IMG/VR virus record: IMGVR_UViG_3300017912_002502
Span: 3,776-67,775 of that record
Source of the DNA: a virus
Taxonomy: Duplodnaviria > Caudoviricetes
Length of the DNA: 64,000 nucleotides
Strand: one strand, 5' to 3'
Below the pieces are notes generated by a model. That model ran no database searches. It was given only the letters and a program-made list of their open reading frames with translations, and was not told the origin of the DNA. Position 1 is the stretch's first letter. Each line of letters begins with the position of its first letter. Position numbers and translations under genes: made by a program. Below, one piece after another: positions 36,296 to 45,752 of the stretch.

Positions 36296-36825
36296 TGTCA
36301 AGATTTGTAGATACAGTTGTTGCATATCGTCTTCTACGATTATTGGCAACTCCCATAGAACGCTCTGATGCGTTTCAGCTTGGCATCATCGACCGTGATG
36401 GTAACAAACTCAAAGAACCCCAATCATCTCAAGAAATGAATGCGTACTCGCTTCTGCAAAGATTTGTATTCAAGGTGCAGAAGTCTCTCATGAAATCACC
36501 TGACAGAAATGCAAGACGTCTATTGACTTTTGCTGCTGCAATGGCTATACTAAAAGAATACACGGAAGAAGATGAAAATAATGTTGATGCATTGTTGGAA
36601 GTTTTCGAAAAAGACGAGGATGTAATTAAACAAGCTGAACTTTTAGAAAGTTCCAACCTCATCTCCTTTCACAACTTCATCGGTGAAGACTTGGCTGCAA
36701 ATAATGCAGGCAGTGGTGCAATTCACGGTATAGGCGTTGGTCCAAAAGGTGAGCCTGGAAGAGACCCACGTTTAATGCCTCTCGCTAGAAGAAGGAAAAA
36801 GAAACGTGAGTCAAGTGGAAAGTAA
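36295..36825 (+). CDS. Conserved T4-like hypothetical protein
   Basis: AYRLLRLLATP...AFQLGIIDRDG. Confidence 0.7.
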   Translation: MSRFVDTVVAYRLLRLLATPIERSDAFQLGIIDRDGNKLKEPQSSQEMNAYSLLQRFVFKVQKSLMKSPDRNARRLLTFAAAMAILKEYTEEDENNVDALLEVFEKDEDVIKQAELLESSNLISFHNFIGEDLAANNAGSGAIHGIGVGPKGEPGRDPRLMPLARRRKKKRESSGK

Positions 36826-37291
36826 GATAGCAGTCCTAGAAAACGAAGTCAACCAGATGCGTGGACTTTTTTCTAAACTAGACGAATCAATTGATAAAAT
36901 GGCTGAGATTTCTGGAGCAATCCAGCAAATGCTTGCCGTTCACGAAACCCAAATTCAATCACAAGCACAAGATACGGAGGATCTTTTTCATTTGGTAGAA
37001 AAACGCAGAATCGAAAACGATGAGAATCTAAAAGAACTACATTCTCGAATTACGACCAATGGAAAAGAGACCAGAAAAGAAATGAACGAGAATGTGATCA
37101 AGATTATGAATGCCATAGAGGATGTAAAAGATCTCATGGTAGACAGAGAACGCATAATCAACGAGCAACAAGCACAACTCGAAGAACGTATCAACAGCCT
37201 TGAGAAAAAGTCCTACTTTATGATGGGTGGGGCTGCAATTATAGGGTTTCTCGTAGGTGCATACGACTGGATCGCCGAAATCTTTTCTTAA
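36806..37291 (+). CDS. Coiled-coil protein with a C-terminal TM
   Basis: GTG start, heptad repeats and a hydrophobic tail; position upstream of primase. Confidence 0.65.
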   Translation: MSQVESKIAVLENEVNQMRGLFSKLDESIDKMAEISGAIQQMLAVHETQIQSQAQDTEDLFHLVEKRRIENDENLKELHSRITTNGKETRKEMNENVIKIMNAIEDVKDLMVDRERIINEQQAQLEERINSLEKKSYFMMGGAAIIGFLVGAYDWIAEIFS

Positions 37292-37298
37292 ATACTTC

Positions 37299-37327
37299 TT
37301 GACATTTTAGTATGAATGAGGCATACT
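37299..37327 (+). promoter_or_regulatory. sigma70-like promoter of primase
   Basis: TTGACA-17-CATACT (TGAGGCATACT); ATG follows 6 nt later. Confidence 0.7.
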
Positions 37328-37333
37328 CTCTCT

Positions 37334-38350
37334 ATGTCTTTATATGTGGATGTAAAATATCTGAACATGGCATCTTCTCGCTTCGAGATATTCAAGCGAA
37401 AAGGTGAATATCTGTTCAATGTCCGTTGCCCTATCTGTGGCGACTCTCAAAAGAACAAACGCAAGATGCGTGGTTATTTCTTCAAACGAAATAACGATCT
37501 CCTCTATAAATGTCATAACTGCCAATGGTCTGGATCTTTCGGTAAACTACTGAAGGAAGTAGACCAGATTCTTTATAAACAATATGTCCTAGAAAGATTT
37601 GCTGACGGCGAGACTGGTAAGGGTAAAGGACACTCTAAACCAGAGGTTGTGATGGATTTCAAACCTAAGTTTGAAAAGAAACCTATCATTGAACAACTGA
37701 TGGATAAACTATCAGATCTCCCAGCTGATCACGAGGCAGTCGAGTATGCACTCGGTCGTGGACTCCCACCTAAATCTCTTGAAAGACTATTCTACGTTGA
37801 TAATGTTCAAAACGTAGCAGGTCTGAATAAGAAATATAAAGAATCAATCAAAACTGATGAGCCAAGATTAGCCATCCCATTTATAGACGAGAAGGGTAAG
37901 TTGACAGCAGTCAGCCTTCGAGGGATGCGAGATGAGGCTCTAAGGTACATCCTCGTTAAGGTAGACGAGGATGCTCCAACTGTCTACGGTCTGGATACAG
38001 TCGATAAGAACAAGCCAGTTATCGTTGTTGAAGCACCACTTGACAGTTTATTCATCCCCAACTCCATCGCTTGTGCTGGCACTTCTTTCAACAAGATCGA
38101 TGAGTTGGGGTTGGACAAGGACAAAACGACAATCGTCTTCGATAATCAACCACGAAATAAAGAAGTTTGTAAAATGCTTGAAAAGTATATTGACTTGGGA
38201 TATAATGTCGTGGTTTATCCCGACAATATAACTGGTAAAGATATAAACGATATAGAAAATGAAGGGATTGATTCGTATAAATTAATAAGGGAGAACACTT
38301 TTAGTGGGCTCACTGCTAAAGCTAAATTTTCGTTATGGAGAAAAACATGA
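37334..38350 (+). CDS. gp61: DNA primase gp61
   Basis: Zn finger CPICGD...CHNC and TOPRIM VVEAPLDS, VFDNQP. Confidence 0.95.
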   Translation: MSLYVDVKYLNMASSRFEIFKRKGEYLFNVRCPICGDSQKNKRKMRGYFFKRNNDLLYKCHNCQWSGSFGKLLKEVDQILYKQYVLERFADGETGKGKGHSKPEVVMDFKPKFEKKPIIEQLMDKLSDLPADHEAVEYALGRGLPPKSLERLFYVDNVQNVAGLNKKYKESIKTDEPRLAIPFIDEKGKLTAVSLRGMRDEALRYILVKVDEDAPTVYGLDTVDKNKPVIVVEAPLDSLFIPNSIACAGTSFNKIDELGLDKDKTTIVFDNQPRNKEVCKMLEKYIDLGYNVVVYPDNITGKDINDIENEGIDSYKLIRENTFSGLTAKAKFSLWRKT

Positions 38351-38997
38351 GTGAAGTGTCTTTGGTTGCACTGAGTAAACCATCAGCTATAACAGATTGT
38401 AACACTGCTGCTGAATTGGTTGCATATACTGCTAGGGTGAGTAATCCTACAAACCAAAATAATACCGCGACAGCCCCAAAATTATTGGGATATCTGATAC
38501 GCGAAGACCACTGGTCTCCATTTGAGATGGTACATATGACAATGGAGATTAAGACTACTAGGGATATTGCCAGACAGATATTACGTCACAGGTCATTTTC
38601 CTTCCAAGAGTTTAGTCAGCGATATGCTGAAGCAACTGAATGGGAAACAAGAGAAGCGAGATTACAAGATCTCAAAAATCGTCAAAACTCAATGGAAACT
38701 GACGACCCAGAAATAAATGAAATGTGGAATGTTGTTCAAAAGAAACTAATCAAAAATGCCGAAGATGCCTACAAGTGGGCATTAGAACAAGGTATCGCAA
38801 AAGAACAAGCACGTGCTGTTTTACCAGAGGGTAATACCATGTCTACATTATACATGGCTGGTTCATTACGCTCTTGGATACACTATTGTCAATTGCGCAC
38901 TGGTAACGGTACGCAGAAAGAACATATCAAAGTTGCAGAAAAATGCTGGGAGATTATTGAGCAACATTTTCCCGATGTTGTAAAGGCTCTTAAATGA
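38347..38997 (+). CDS. thyX: Flavin-dependent thymidylate synthase
   Basis: HWSPFE, QILRHRSFSFQEFSQRY signature and TQKEH. Confidence 0.96.
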   Translation: MSEVSLVALSKPSAITDCNTAAELVAYTARVSNPTNQNNTATAPKLLGYLIREDHWSPFEMVHMTMEIKTTRDIARQILRHRSFSFQEFSQRYAEATEWETREARLQDLKNRQNSMETDDPEINEMWNVVQKKLIKNAEDAYKWALEQGIAKEQARAVLPEGNTMSTLYMAGSLRSWIHYCQLRTGNGTQKEHIKVAEKCWEIIEQHFPDVVKALK

Positions 38998-39848
38998 GAG
39001 ATCCAGTCTTTACCATAGACTGGGATGTAGATTTTGACGGTCTACGGAACGAGGTCAGCGAGTATGTCAAAGATGATGACATAAAGCTAATGACTAAAGA
39101 ACGTGCACTGTCCATGGGTGCTGCATTACCCACAGAAGATAATTCGACTGTAAAAGATGTAAACTCTTACTCGGCTGTTTCGCCATATGATGCAGAAAAG
39201 CAAATGTGGTTGCCAGTGTTGAAAAAACATAAGGAACAGTTACAAGACTTTTTGCAAGTCCCGATGGAGATGGGAAGTTCGTACACGATACAAAACCCAC
39301 ATTCATCTTTTGCCTTGCATACTGATATCATGGCTTCTATATTTTTTAAAGATAGAAATGACATGACTGAATGGAATAAGTTTTTAGAACGAGGAAGACA
39401 AAAAGGGAACGATCTTGGAGAATCATGGTTAGATCTCCAGATTATGATTAATAGGGATGCTGCTGATCAGGATGATATTAGTAAAAATATCGTTGATAAT
39501 CTGTATCGGTGGTGTGTAAAATGGGATCTGCTGGAAGACGAAAACCACTTTGAACGTCTGATCAGTGATGATTTCTGGAATAAATGGATGGACGAAGCAC
39601 CTCGTGCATCAATAAACATAGTACTGGACGAACAAAATGCGATTGATACGGCTGTTTCTTTTCTTAATGTGGATAGTAACAGCTTCAGCGACTGGAAGTA
39701 TCGTTGCGGTGTACTCAACGTCGATCGACCACATGTGGTCTTCAACAAAACAGACAGTCACCGAATTATGGCAAGGTTCACAACCTACAGAATGACACAT
39801 AAAGAAGTGTATGATAGATTCGAACAGGCAAACTTTAAATTAAACTAA
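38994..39848 (+). CDS. Putative 2OG-Fe(II) oxygenase-like protein
   Basis: ALHTD (HxD), ASINIV, LNVDRPHVV distal His and RIMARF. Confidence 0.45.
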   Translation: MRDPVFTIDWDVDFDGLRNEVSEYVKDDDIKLMTKERALSMGAALPTEDNSTVKDVNSYSAVSPYDAEKQMWLPVLKKHKEQLQDFLQVPMEMGSSYTIQNPHSSFALHTDIMASIFFKDRNDMTEWNKFLERGRQKGNDLGESWLDLQIMINRDAADQDDISKNIVDNLYRWCVKWDLLEDENHFERLISDDFWNKWMDEAPRASINIVLDEQNAIDTAVSFLNVDSNSFSDWKYRCGVLNVDRPHVVFNKTDSHRIMARFTTYRMTHKEVYDRFEQANFKLN

Positions 39849-39870
39849 ATAGAAATACGCGCAAGGAGTT

Positions 39871-41676
39871 ATGACGTTGGCAAAAAGAGAATATATGGGG
39901 ATTCAGATCGATGAATCTCGTGACGAACTGTTTGATAAATTAGGATTACAGCGTCTAAAAGAAAGTTATATGCGCGAAGATGAAACAACACCTCAAGAGA
40001 GGTTTGCTTTCGTATCAAAATCATTTTCATCCAATCCAGAACACGCACAGAGGTTATATGAATACAGTAGCAAACACTGGCTTTCTTACTCTACACCTAT
40101 CCTTTCTTATGGTCGGTCTAAACGTGGTATGCCTATATCTTGCTTTCTCAACTACATTGAGGATACAGCTGAAGGTCTTGTTCAAAACTTTAGTGAAACA
40201 GCGTGGCTCTCTATGTTGGGTGGCGGTGTTGGTATTGGGTTCGGCATCCGTGCTGCCGATGACAAATCGACTGGTGTCATGCCACATCTTAAAACCTATG
40301 ATGCTAGTTCCCTTGCTTATCGACAGGGAAAAACTAGACGCGGAAGTTACGCAGCTTACTTAGATATTTCTCATCCAGACATCATGATGTTCCTCGAAAT
40401 GAGGAAACCAACTGGTGATCAAAACATGCGTGCATTGAACTTGCACCACGGAATTAATATTAGCGACAGGTTCATGGAAGTTATTGAACGCTGTATGCAA
40501 GATCCGACAGCAGACGATGGCTGGAATCTACTAGACCCACATTCAGGTGCAATTCGCGAAACAGTATCGGCGAAAGCACTTTGGCAAAAAATTCTCGAGT
40601 TGCGTATGGAAACTGGTGAGCCATACATTCATTCTATTGATACAAGCAACCGATTGATGCCTGAATTCCAAAAAGAATTAGGATTGAAAATTCACCAGAG
40701 TAACTTATGTTCGGAGATTATTCTCCCCACAAATGAAGAACGAACTGCCGTTTGTTGTTTGTCTTCAGTGAACTTAGAAAATTATGATGCTTGGTCAAAA
40801 GACCAGTTGTTCCTGAAAGACATGGCAGAAATGCTAGACAATGTCCTTCAATACTTCATTGACAATGCTCCAGATTCTGTATCACGTGCAAAATATAGTG
40901 CCATGAGAGAACGCTCTATTGGTATCGGTGCACTTGGCTTTCATGCTTATCTACAGAAAAAAGGTATTGCTTGGGAGAGCGCAGTTGCCAAAGGTGCAAA
41001 CATGCGTATGTTCCGACTTATTCGGAGTAAATTAGATGAAGCAAATATTCAATTGGGAAAAGAAAGAGGAGAGTCCCCAGACGCTAAAGGAACAGGCAAG
41101 AGATTTAGCCATGTTATGGCTATTGCTCCCAATGCATCTTCTAGTATTATTATGGGAAACACTTCGCCTTCTATTGAACCTTTTAGAGCAAATGCCTATC
41201 GACAGGACACTATATCGGGATCTTTTCTTAACAAAAACAAGTATCTGGATGCTCTCATCAAAGGAAAAATTGAAAAAAATAAAAAATTGGATTATGACGA
41301 AATTTGGTCGTCAATAATCGCTAATGATGGTTCGGTTCAACACTTAGATTGTTTGGAAGAATCTGAAAAGTATATATACAAGACATCAATGGAAATTGAT
41401 CAGAGATGGCTCATTGAACACGCTGCAGATAGGCAGGTATTCATTGACCAAGCACAATCTCTCAACCTATTTTTCCGTCCAGATGTCAACATAAAATACC
41501 TTCATGCTATCCATTACTTGGCTTGGAAGCAGGGATTAAAGACACTTTATTATTGTCGTTCAGAAAAACTCGGCAAAGCTGATAAAGTGTCAAAGCGTAT
41601 TGAACGCCAAGTAATTAATGAATTGGATATGAATGCGTTGGTAAATGATGAAGAATGTATCGCATGTGAAGGCTGA
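39871..41676 (+). CDS. nrdA: Ribonucleotide reductase class I alpha subunit (no ATP cone)
   Basis: PISCF, SNLCSEI, AIAPNASSS and C-terminal CIAC. Confidence 0.96.
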   Translation: MTLAKREYMGIQIDESRDELFDKLGLQRLKESYMREDETTPQERFAFVSKSFSSNPEHAQRLYEYSSKHWLSYSTPILSYGRSKRGMPISCFLNYIEDTAEGLVQNFSETAWLSMLGGGVGIGFGIRAADDKSTGVMPHLKTYDASSLAYRQGKTRRGSYAAYLDISHPDIMMFLEMRKPTGDQNMRALNLHHGINISDRFMEVIERCMQDPTADDGWNLLDPHSGAIRETVSAKALWQKILELRMETGEPYIHSIDTSNRLMPEFQKELGLKIHQSNLCSEIILPTNEERTAVCCLSSVNLENYDAWSKDQLFLKDMAEMLDNVLQYFIDNAPDSVSRAKYSAMRERSIGIGALGFHAYLQKKGIAWESAVAKGANMRMFRLIRSKLDEANIQLGKERGESPDAKGTGKRFSHVMAIAPNASSSIIMGNTSPSIEPFRANAYRQDTISGSFLNKNKYLDALIKGKIEKNKKLDYDEIWSSIIANDGSVQHLDCLEESEKYIYKTSMEIDQRWLIEHAADRQVFIDQAQSLNLFFRPDVNIKYLHAIHYLAWKQGLKTLYYCRSEKLGKADKVSKRIERQVINELDMNALVNDEECIACEG

Positions 41677-42241
41677 TATACCTGAAGGCAAACGGATAGC
41701 AGTTTGTGTATCAGGTGGCTGGGATAGTGCTGTATTATGGCACATCATATATAATGAATGCAAAGAACGCGGTCAAAGTTGTAGACCGTACACCGTCCCC
41801 AAGATCGATGGGGCAGTTAATTATGCAAATCAAGTCCTGAAGTGGTCAGGATATGACACTGAAACAAATATAGTAGGATCTATTCAATCTGAAGACCCTT
41901 CTGAATATGTTACCAGTGGTGTCAAAGAGATTTTGATAAACGGATATGCTGATGTAGTATATTCTGCTGTCACCTCTTATTATGATGATATGGAACCTGA
42001 TCACGATCGTCAGTTTACGAAAGGAACTCCATTCGAACAAATTGTTCGGCAACCTTTTGCTGAGTGGACAAAAGACAAAGTTGTCCAGCTTGGCTTCGAT
42101 CTAGGTATCGCCGACGATATTATGAACATCACTCATTCGTGCACAGAACGTGACGAAGGGAGATGTGGGTACTGTCCATGGTGTAAAGAACGTGCATGGG
42201 CATTTAACAAAATTAACAAAATAGATAAAGGAACTAACTAA
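41645..42241 (+). CDS. QueC-like PP-loop ATPase
   Basis: SGGWDS PP-loop and C-terminal HSC-x8-CGYCPWC Zn site. Confidence 0.7.
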   Translation: MMKNVSHVKADIPEGKRIAVCVSGGWDSAVLWHIIYNECKERGQSCRPYTVPKIDGAVNYANQVLKWSGYDTETNIVGSIQSEDPSEYVTSGVKEILINGYADVVYSAVTSYYDDMEPDHDRQFTKGTPFEQIVRQPFAEWTKDKVVQLGFDLGIADDIMNITHSCTERDEGRCGYCPWCKERAWAFNKINKIDKGTN

Positions 42242-42459
42242 TGGCAATCAAAGCAAAAATATTTTCAAGGGATGACTGCTCCTTCTGCAGTCAAGCAAAA
42301 GAATTTCTAAACGGAATGGAGATTGAATTCGAAGAAGTACATCAGCCGACTGGTAGAGTTCCACAAATCTATGCAGGTGATACTCACATTGGTGGGTACA
42401 CAGAGTTAATTGAGTTATCTCAATCTTTGTCCAAATGGGATGAAACTTTTAACATATAA
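42241..42459 (+). CDS. nrdC: Glutaredoxin
   Basis: CSFC, VPQI and IGGY. Confidence 0.9.
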   Translation: MAIKAKIFSRDDCSFCSQAKEFLNGMEIEFEEVHQPTGRVPQIYAGDTHIGGYTELIELSQSLSKWDETFNI

Positions 42460-42473
42460 GAATAGGAAAAACA

Positions 42474-43460
42474 ATGGCTAACAAATTAAACTTACAAGAC
42501 GAACGCGACTATTTTAAACCTTTCTCATATCCATGGGCATATGAAGCATGGCTAAAACACGAACAATCACATTGGCTTCACACTGAAGTACCAATGGCAG
42601 AAGATGTAAAAGATTGGAAAAATACACTTTCAGATGCAGAACAAACATTCTTGACTAACATATTTAGATTTTTTGTTCAAGGAGATGTAGATGTAGCAGG
42701 TGGTTATGTAAATAACTATCTTCCATATTTCCCACAACCAGAAGTCCGTATGATGTTATCTGGTTTTGCTGCAAGGGAAGCATTACACATTGCAGCATAT
42801 GCACATCTTATTGAAACACTCGGTATGCCTGAGTCTACATATAATGAGTTTTTAGAATATGAAGCTATGAAAGACAAACACGAATACTTCATGGATCTCT
42901 CTGGTAAAAATGGTACGAAAGAAAGTGTAGCAACTAACATTGCAGCATTCAGTGCATTTACTGAAGGCATGCAGTTGTTCTCATCTTTTATTATGTTATT
43001 GAACTTCCCAAGACACGGTAAAATGAAGGGTATGGGTCAGATTGTTACATGGTCAATCGTAGATGAAACTATGCATGCTGAATCTATGATTAAGTTGTTC
43101 CGTACATATATTGAAGAAAACAGAGAACTTTGGAACGACTCGCTGAAAAGTAAAATCTATACAATCGCTGAAAAGATGGTAGAACTTGAGGATAAATTTA
43201 TCGACCTCGCTTTTGCTATGGGTGATATGGAAAACTTAACAGCAGATGAAGTTAAGAAATATATTCGTTATATTGCAGACCGTCGTCTGATCAGTCTTGG
43301 TATGAAAGGTATCTTTAAAGTTAAGAAGAATCCTCTGCCATGGGTTGAAGAAATGATTAATGCACCAACACACACAAACTTCTTTGAGAACCGAGCCACC
43401 GATTATGCTCGTGGCGCAATCACAGGTGACTGGGGAGATGTCTGGGGATCGGCTGCTTAA
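42474..43460 (+). CDS. nrdB: Ribonucleotide reductase class I beta subunit
   Basis: REALHIAAY, EGMQLFSSF and DETMH diiron ligands. Confidence 0.96.
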   Translation: MANKLNLQDERDYFKPFSYPWAYEAWLKHEQSHWLHTEVPMAEDVKDWKNTLSDAEQTFLTNIFRFFVQGDVDVAGGYVNNYLPYFPQPEVRMMLSGFAAREALHIAAYAHLIETLGMPESTYNEFLEYEAMKDKHEYFMDLSGKNGTKESVATNIAAFSAFTEGMQLFSSFIMLLNFPRHGKMKGMGQIVTWSIVDETMHAESMIKLFRTYIEENRELWNDSLKSKIYTIAEKMVELEDKFIDLAFAMGDMENLTADEVKKYIRYIADRRLISLGMKGIFKVKKNPLPWVEEMINAPTHTNFFENRATDYARGAITGDWGDVWGSAA

Positions 43461-43642
43461 TGGCTGACCCGACTAGAATACGATGCGAATGCTCGTCTTG
43501 TGATGCGGTGTTTTGGGTCGAGCATGAATTAGAAAGTGATTATTATCCAATCGAAAAATGTCCATTCTGTGGAGACGATTTGGACTTTGAAGAAGAATTA
43601 ATTTTAGATTACGGCGAGGAGGATTTCGAAGCTGATGTATGA
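43460..43642 (+). CDS. Small Zn-ribbon protein
   Basis: CSSC ... CPFCG with an acidic tail. Confidence 0.65.
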   Translation: MADPTRIRCECSSCDAVFWVEHELESDYYPIEKCPFCGDDLDFEEELILDYGEEDFEADV

Positions 43643-44063
43643 ATATAAAGCAATAATTAAAAGAGTGGTTGATGGAGATACGGTAGACGTAGACATCGAT
43701 CTTGGGTTTGGTGTTATATTTGCCAATCAACGTATCAGACTATATGGTATTGATACACCAGAATCTCGTACAAGAGATAAAGTTGAAAAAGTATTTGGTA
43801 AAATGGCTGGTGCTTTCCTGAAAGAAAAATTAGGAGAGTCCTGCACTTTACAGACAGTTTTGGATGGTAAAGGTAAGTTTGGTCGTATTCTCGGCAAATT
43901 TATCGTTCACGACGATGTAACAGGTGTAGACAGGTCAGTCCACGAAATTATGATCAGACAAAATCTTGGTGTGGAATATCATGGTCAGTCAAAAGCAGAC
44001 ATCGAAGCTGAACATTTGAAAAACAGGCAGATCCTAATTGAAAGATTGGATTTGCAAATATAA
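43635..44063 (+). CDS. SNase/thermonuclease-like nuclease
   Basis: VVDGDT, RIRLYGIDTPE and GKFGRILG. Confidence 0.85.
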   Translation: MYEYKAIIKRVVDGDTVDVDIDLGFGVIFANQRIRLYGIDTPESRTRDKVEKVFGKMAGAFLKEKLGESCTLQTVLDGKGKFGRILGKFIVHDDVTGVDRSVHEIMIRQNLGVEYHGQSKADIEAEHLKNRQILIERLDLQI

Positions 44064-44066
44064 ATA
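44059..44066 (+). promoter_or_regulatory. T4 late promoter
   Basis: TATAAATA 6 nt before the iscU ATG. Confidence 0.7.
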
Positions 44067-44072
44067 ATAGAT

Positions 44073-44495
44073 ATGGCATATTCAAAAAAGGTAGTAGATA
44101 GATTTGAATCAGTATTAGCGGATCCAGAGAAACACTCTGTAGGAAGGTTCGACCCTAAAGATCCTAACATCGCGACAGGTTTAGTGGGTGCACCAAGTTG
44201 TGGTGATGTAATGAAACTAGACCTTAAATTAGATCCAATGACAGATGTTATTGAAGATGTAAAATTTAAAACTTATGGTTGTGGTAGTGCAATCGCATCG
44301 AGTACGATGTTTGTTGAAATGCTCAAAGGTAAAACCATAGAAGAAGCAAAACAAATCAAAGATAAGGATATTGCAGACGCTTTAGAATTACCAGCGATTA
44401 AAATACATTGTTCTGTTCTCGCTGAAGAGGGCATACATAGAGCAATAGCTGACTGGGAAGAAAAAAGTGCGCATAGAAAACATAACCAGAGATGA
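44073..44495 (+). CDS. iscU: Fe-S scaffold IscU
   Basis: GAPSCGDVM, FKTYGCGSAIAS and KIHCSVLAE. Confidence 0.95.
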   Translation: MAYSKKVVDRFESVLADPEKHSVGRFDPKDPNIATGLVGAPSCGDVMKLDLKLDPMTDVIEDVKFKTYGCGSAIASSTMFVEMLKGKTIEEAKQIKDKDIADALELPAIKIHCSVLAEEGIHRAIADWEEKSAHRKHNQR

Positions 44496-44815
44496 TAGAA
44501 CTCACCAATGAAGCGTTTGCAAAAGTTGCTGAACGATGTCGAGAGTCTGATTCCGAAAAAAATATTGTTCGGATTGATCTTGTTGACAGTGGTTGTGCTG
44601 GGTATGAATATGATATTCGGTTTTCCGATACTATCAATAACGACGATACTGTTATAGATTATGGCAAGTTTAGTATCGTTGTAAGTGAAAAAAGTAAACC
44701 TTTTCTACAAGGGACAACTTTAGATTATGTCAAAGAAGGGTTAAATGAAACTCTTAAATTCATCAATCCAAATGAAGTGTCCACTTGTGGATGTGGAGTT
44801 TCGATTCAATTTTAG
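44492..44815 (+). CDS. iscA: A-type Fe-S carrier (IscA/HesB)
   Basis: SGCAGYEY and FINPN...CGCGVS. Confidence 0.92.
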   Translation: MIELTNEAFAKVAERCRESDSEKNIVRIDLVDSGCAGYEYDIRFSDTINNDDTVIDYGKFSIVVSEKSKPFLQGTTLDYVKEGLNETLKFINPNEVSTCGCGVSIQF

Positions 44816-44829
44816 GTTTCTCTGCACCG

Positions 44830-44837
44830 AATAAATA
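44830..44837 (+). promoter_or_regulatory. Late promoter variant
   Basis: AATAAATA 5 nt before ATG 44843. Confidence 0.5.
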
Positions 44838-44842
44838 GGTGT

Positions 44843-45181
44843 ATGGCGAAACGGAAACCTAAAGAGAAAAAGGTTCACCGAGTTTACTGTACTTACTTTC
44901 CAAATGGCGATTATTATATTGGCTATTCTGGAAAACCGCAGAGACTATATGAAAACTATTATGGCTCATCAAAGTATGTGCTACAATATGAAGGTGAATT
45001 GAAAAAAGAAACTATTGCTGAGTTCGAGATGAAGTCTTGGGCAAAAATGCAAGAGTTTCTATTACAATGGCAGCAGAGACACGATCCAAAATGTCTTAAC
45101 TCCATGCTTAATATTCGGCTCAATAAAGAGCCACTGGCAGATTTTGAGCCAGTAAAATGGGAGCCAAATGGTAACAATTGA
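44843..45181 (+). CDS. Short GIY-YIG-like (Seg-type) catalytic domain protein
   Basis: VYCTY...YYIGYSG, YYGSS, then conserved E and CLN positions. Confidence 0.55.
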   Translation: MAKRKPKEKKVHRVYCTYFPNGDYYIGYSGKPQRLYENYYGSSKYVLQYEGELKKETIAEFEMKSWAKMQEFLLQWQQRHDPKCLNSMLNIRLNKEPLADFEPVKWEPNGNN

Positions 45182-45752
45182 GACAGATATATTTGTAATG
45201 GCATTATCGTTACGATCAGGATCTAAAGTTGTAAGCAAATACATTATGGGCGATGCTCATATAAATGCTGAAAGACTTAATTCATATAGAGATATAAATT
45301 ATTATCTTGAAATGTCAAACAAAGAAGTTTGGTTTTTGATCAGAAACCCTTTAGATAGGTTTATCTCTGGAATATATAGAGATTTGTTAATAGAACGTAA
45401 GACCATAGAGGAAATACATGAATATCGTAAGAACAATTGGTATCATGGTCAACCTATTCTACAATATATAAAAGATAAAGAATATAAAATTTTACCATAT
45501 GATGACATAAAAAAATATGTGGATGTAGAAAATGATGAAAAATTTGCTGAAAACTTTAAGACTACACATTATGATTTAGCAAGAGAATACGCTAACACAA
45601 TAGATTTAAAAGCTGAGTTTGATGCATATGATTACATTATGAATAACAAACAAGTTTTGTCTCCTAAACATTTTAAAAATATGGTAGCAAAAGCCAAATT
45701 AGTTAATTATAAGGGAGATAATATAAACAAGGGACAGTTATGGGATATGTAG
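45168..45752 (+). CDS. Sulfotransferase-like protein
   Basis: LRSGSKVV (5'-PSB-like) and LIRNPLDRFISG (3'-PB-like). Confidence 0.6.
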   Translation: MVTIETDIFVMALSLRSGSKVVSKYIMGDAHINAERLNSYRDINYYLEMSNKEVWFLIRNPLDRFISGIYRDLLIERKTIEEIHEYRKNNWYHGQPILQYIKDKEYKILPYDDIKKYVDVENDEKFAENFKTTHYDLAREYANTIDLKAEFDAYDYIMNNKQVLSPKHFKNMVAKAKLVNYKGDNINKGQLWDM

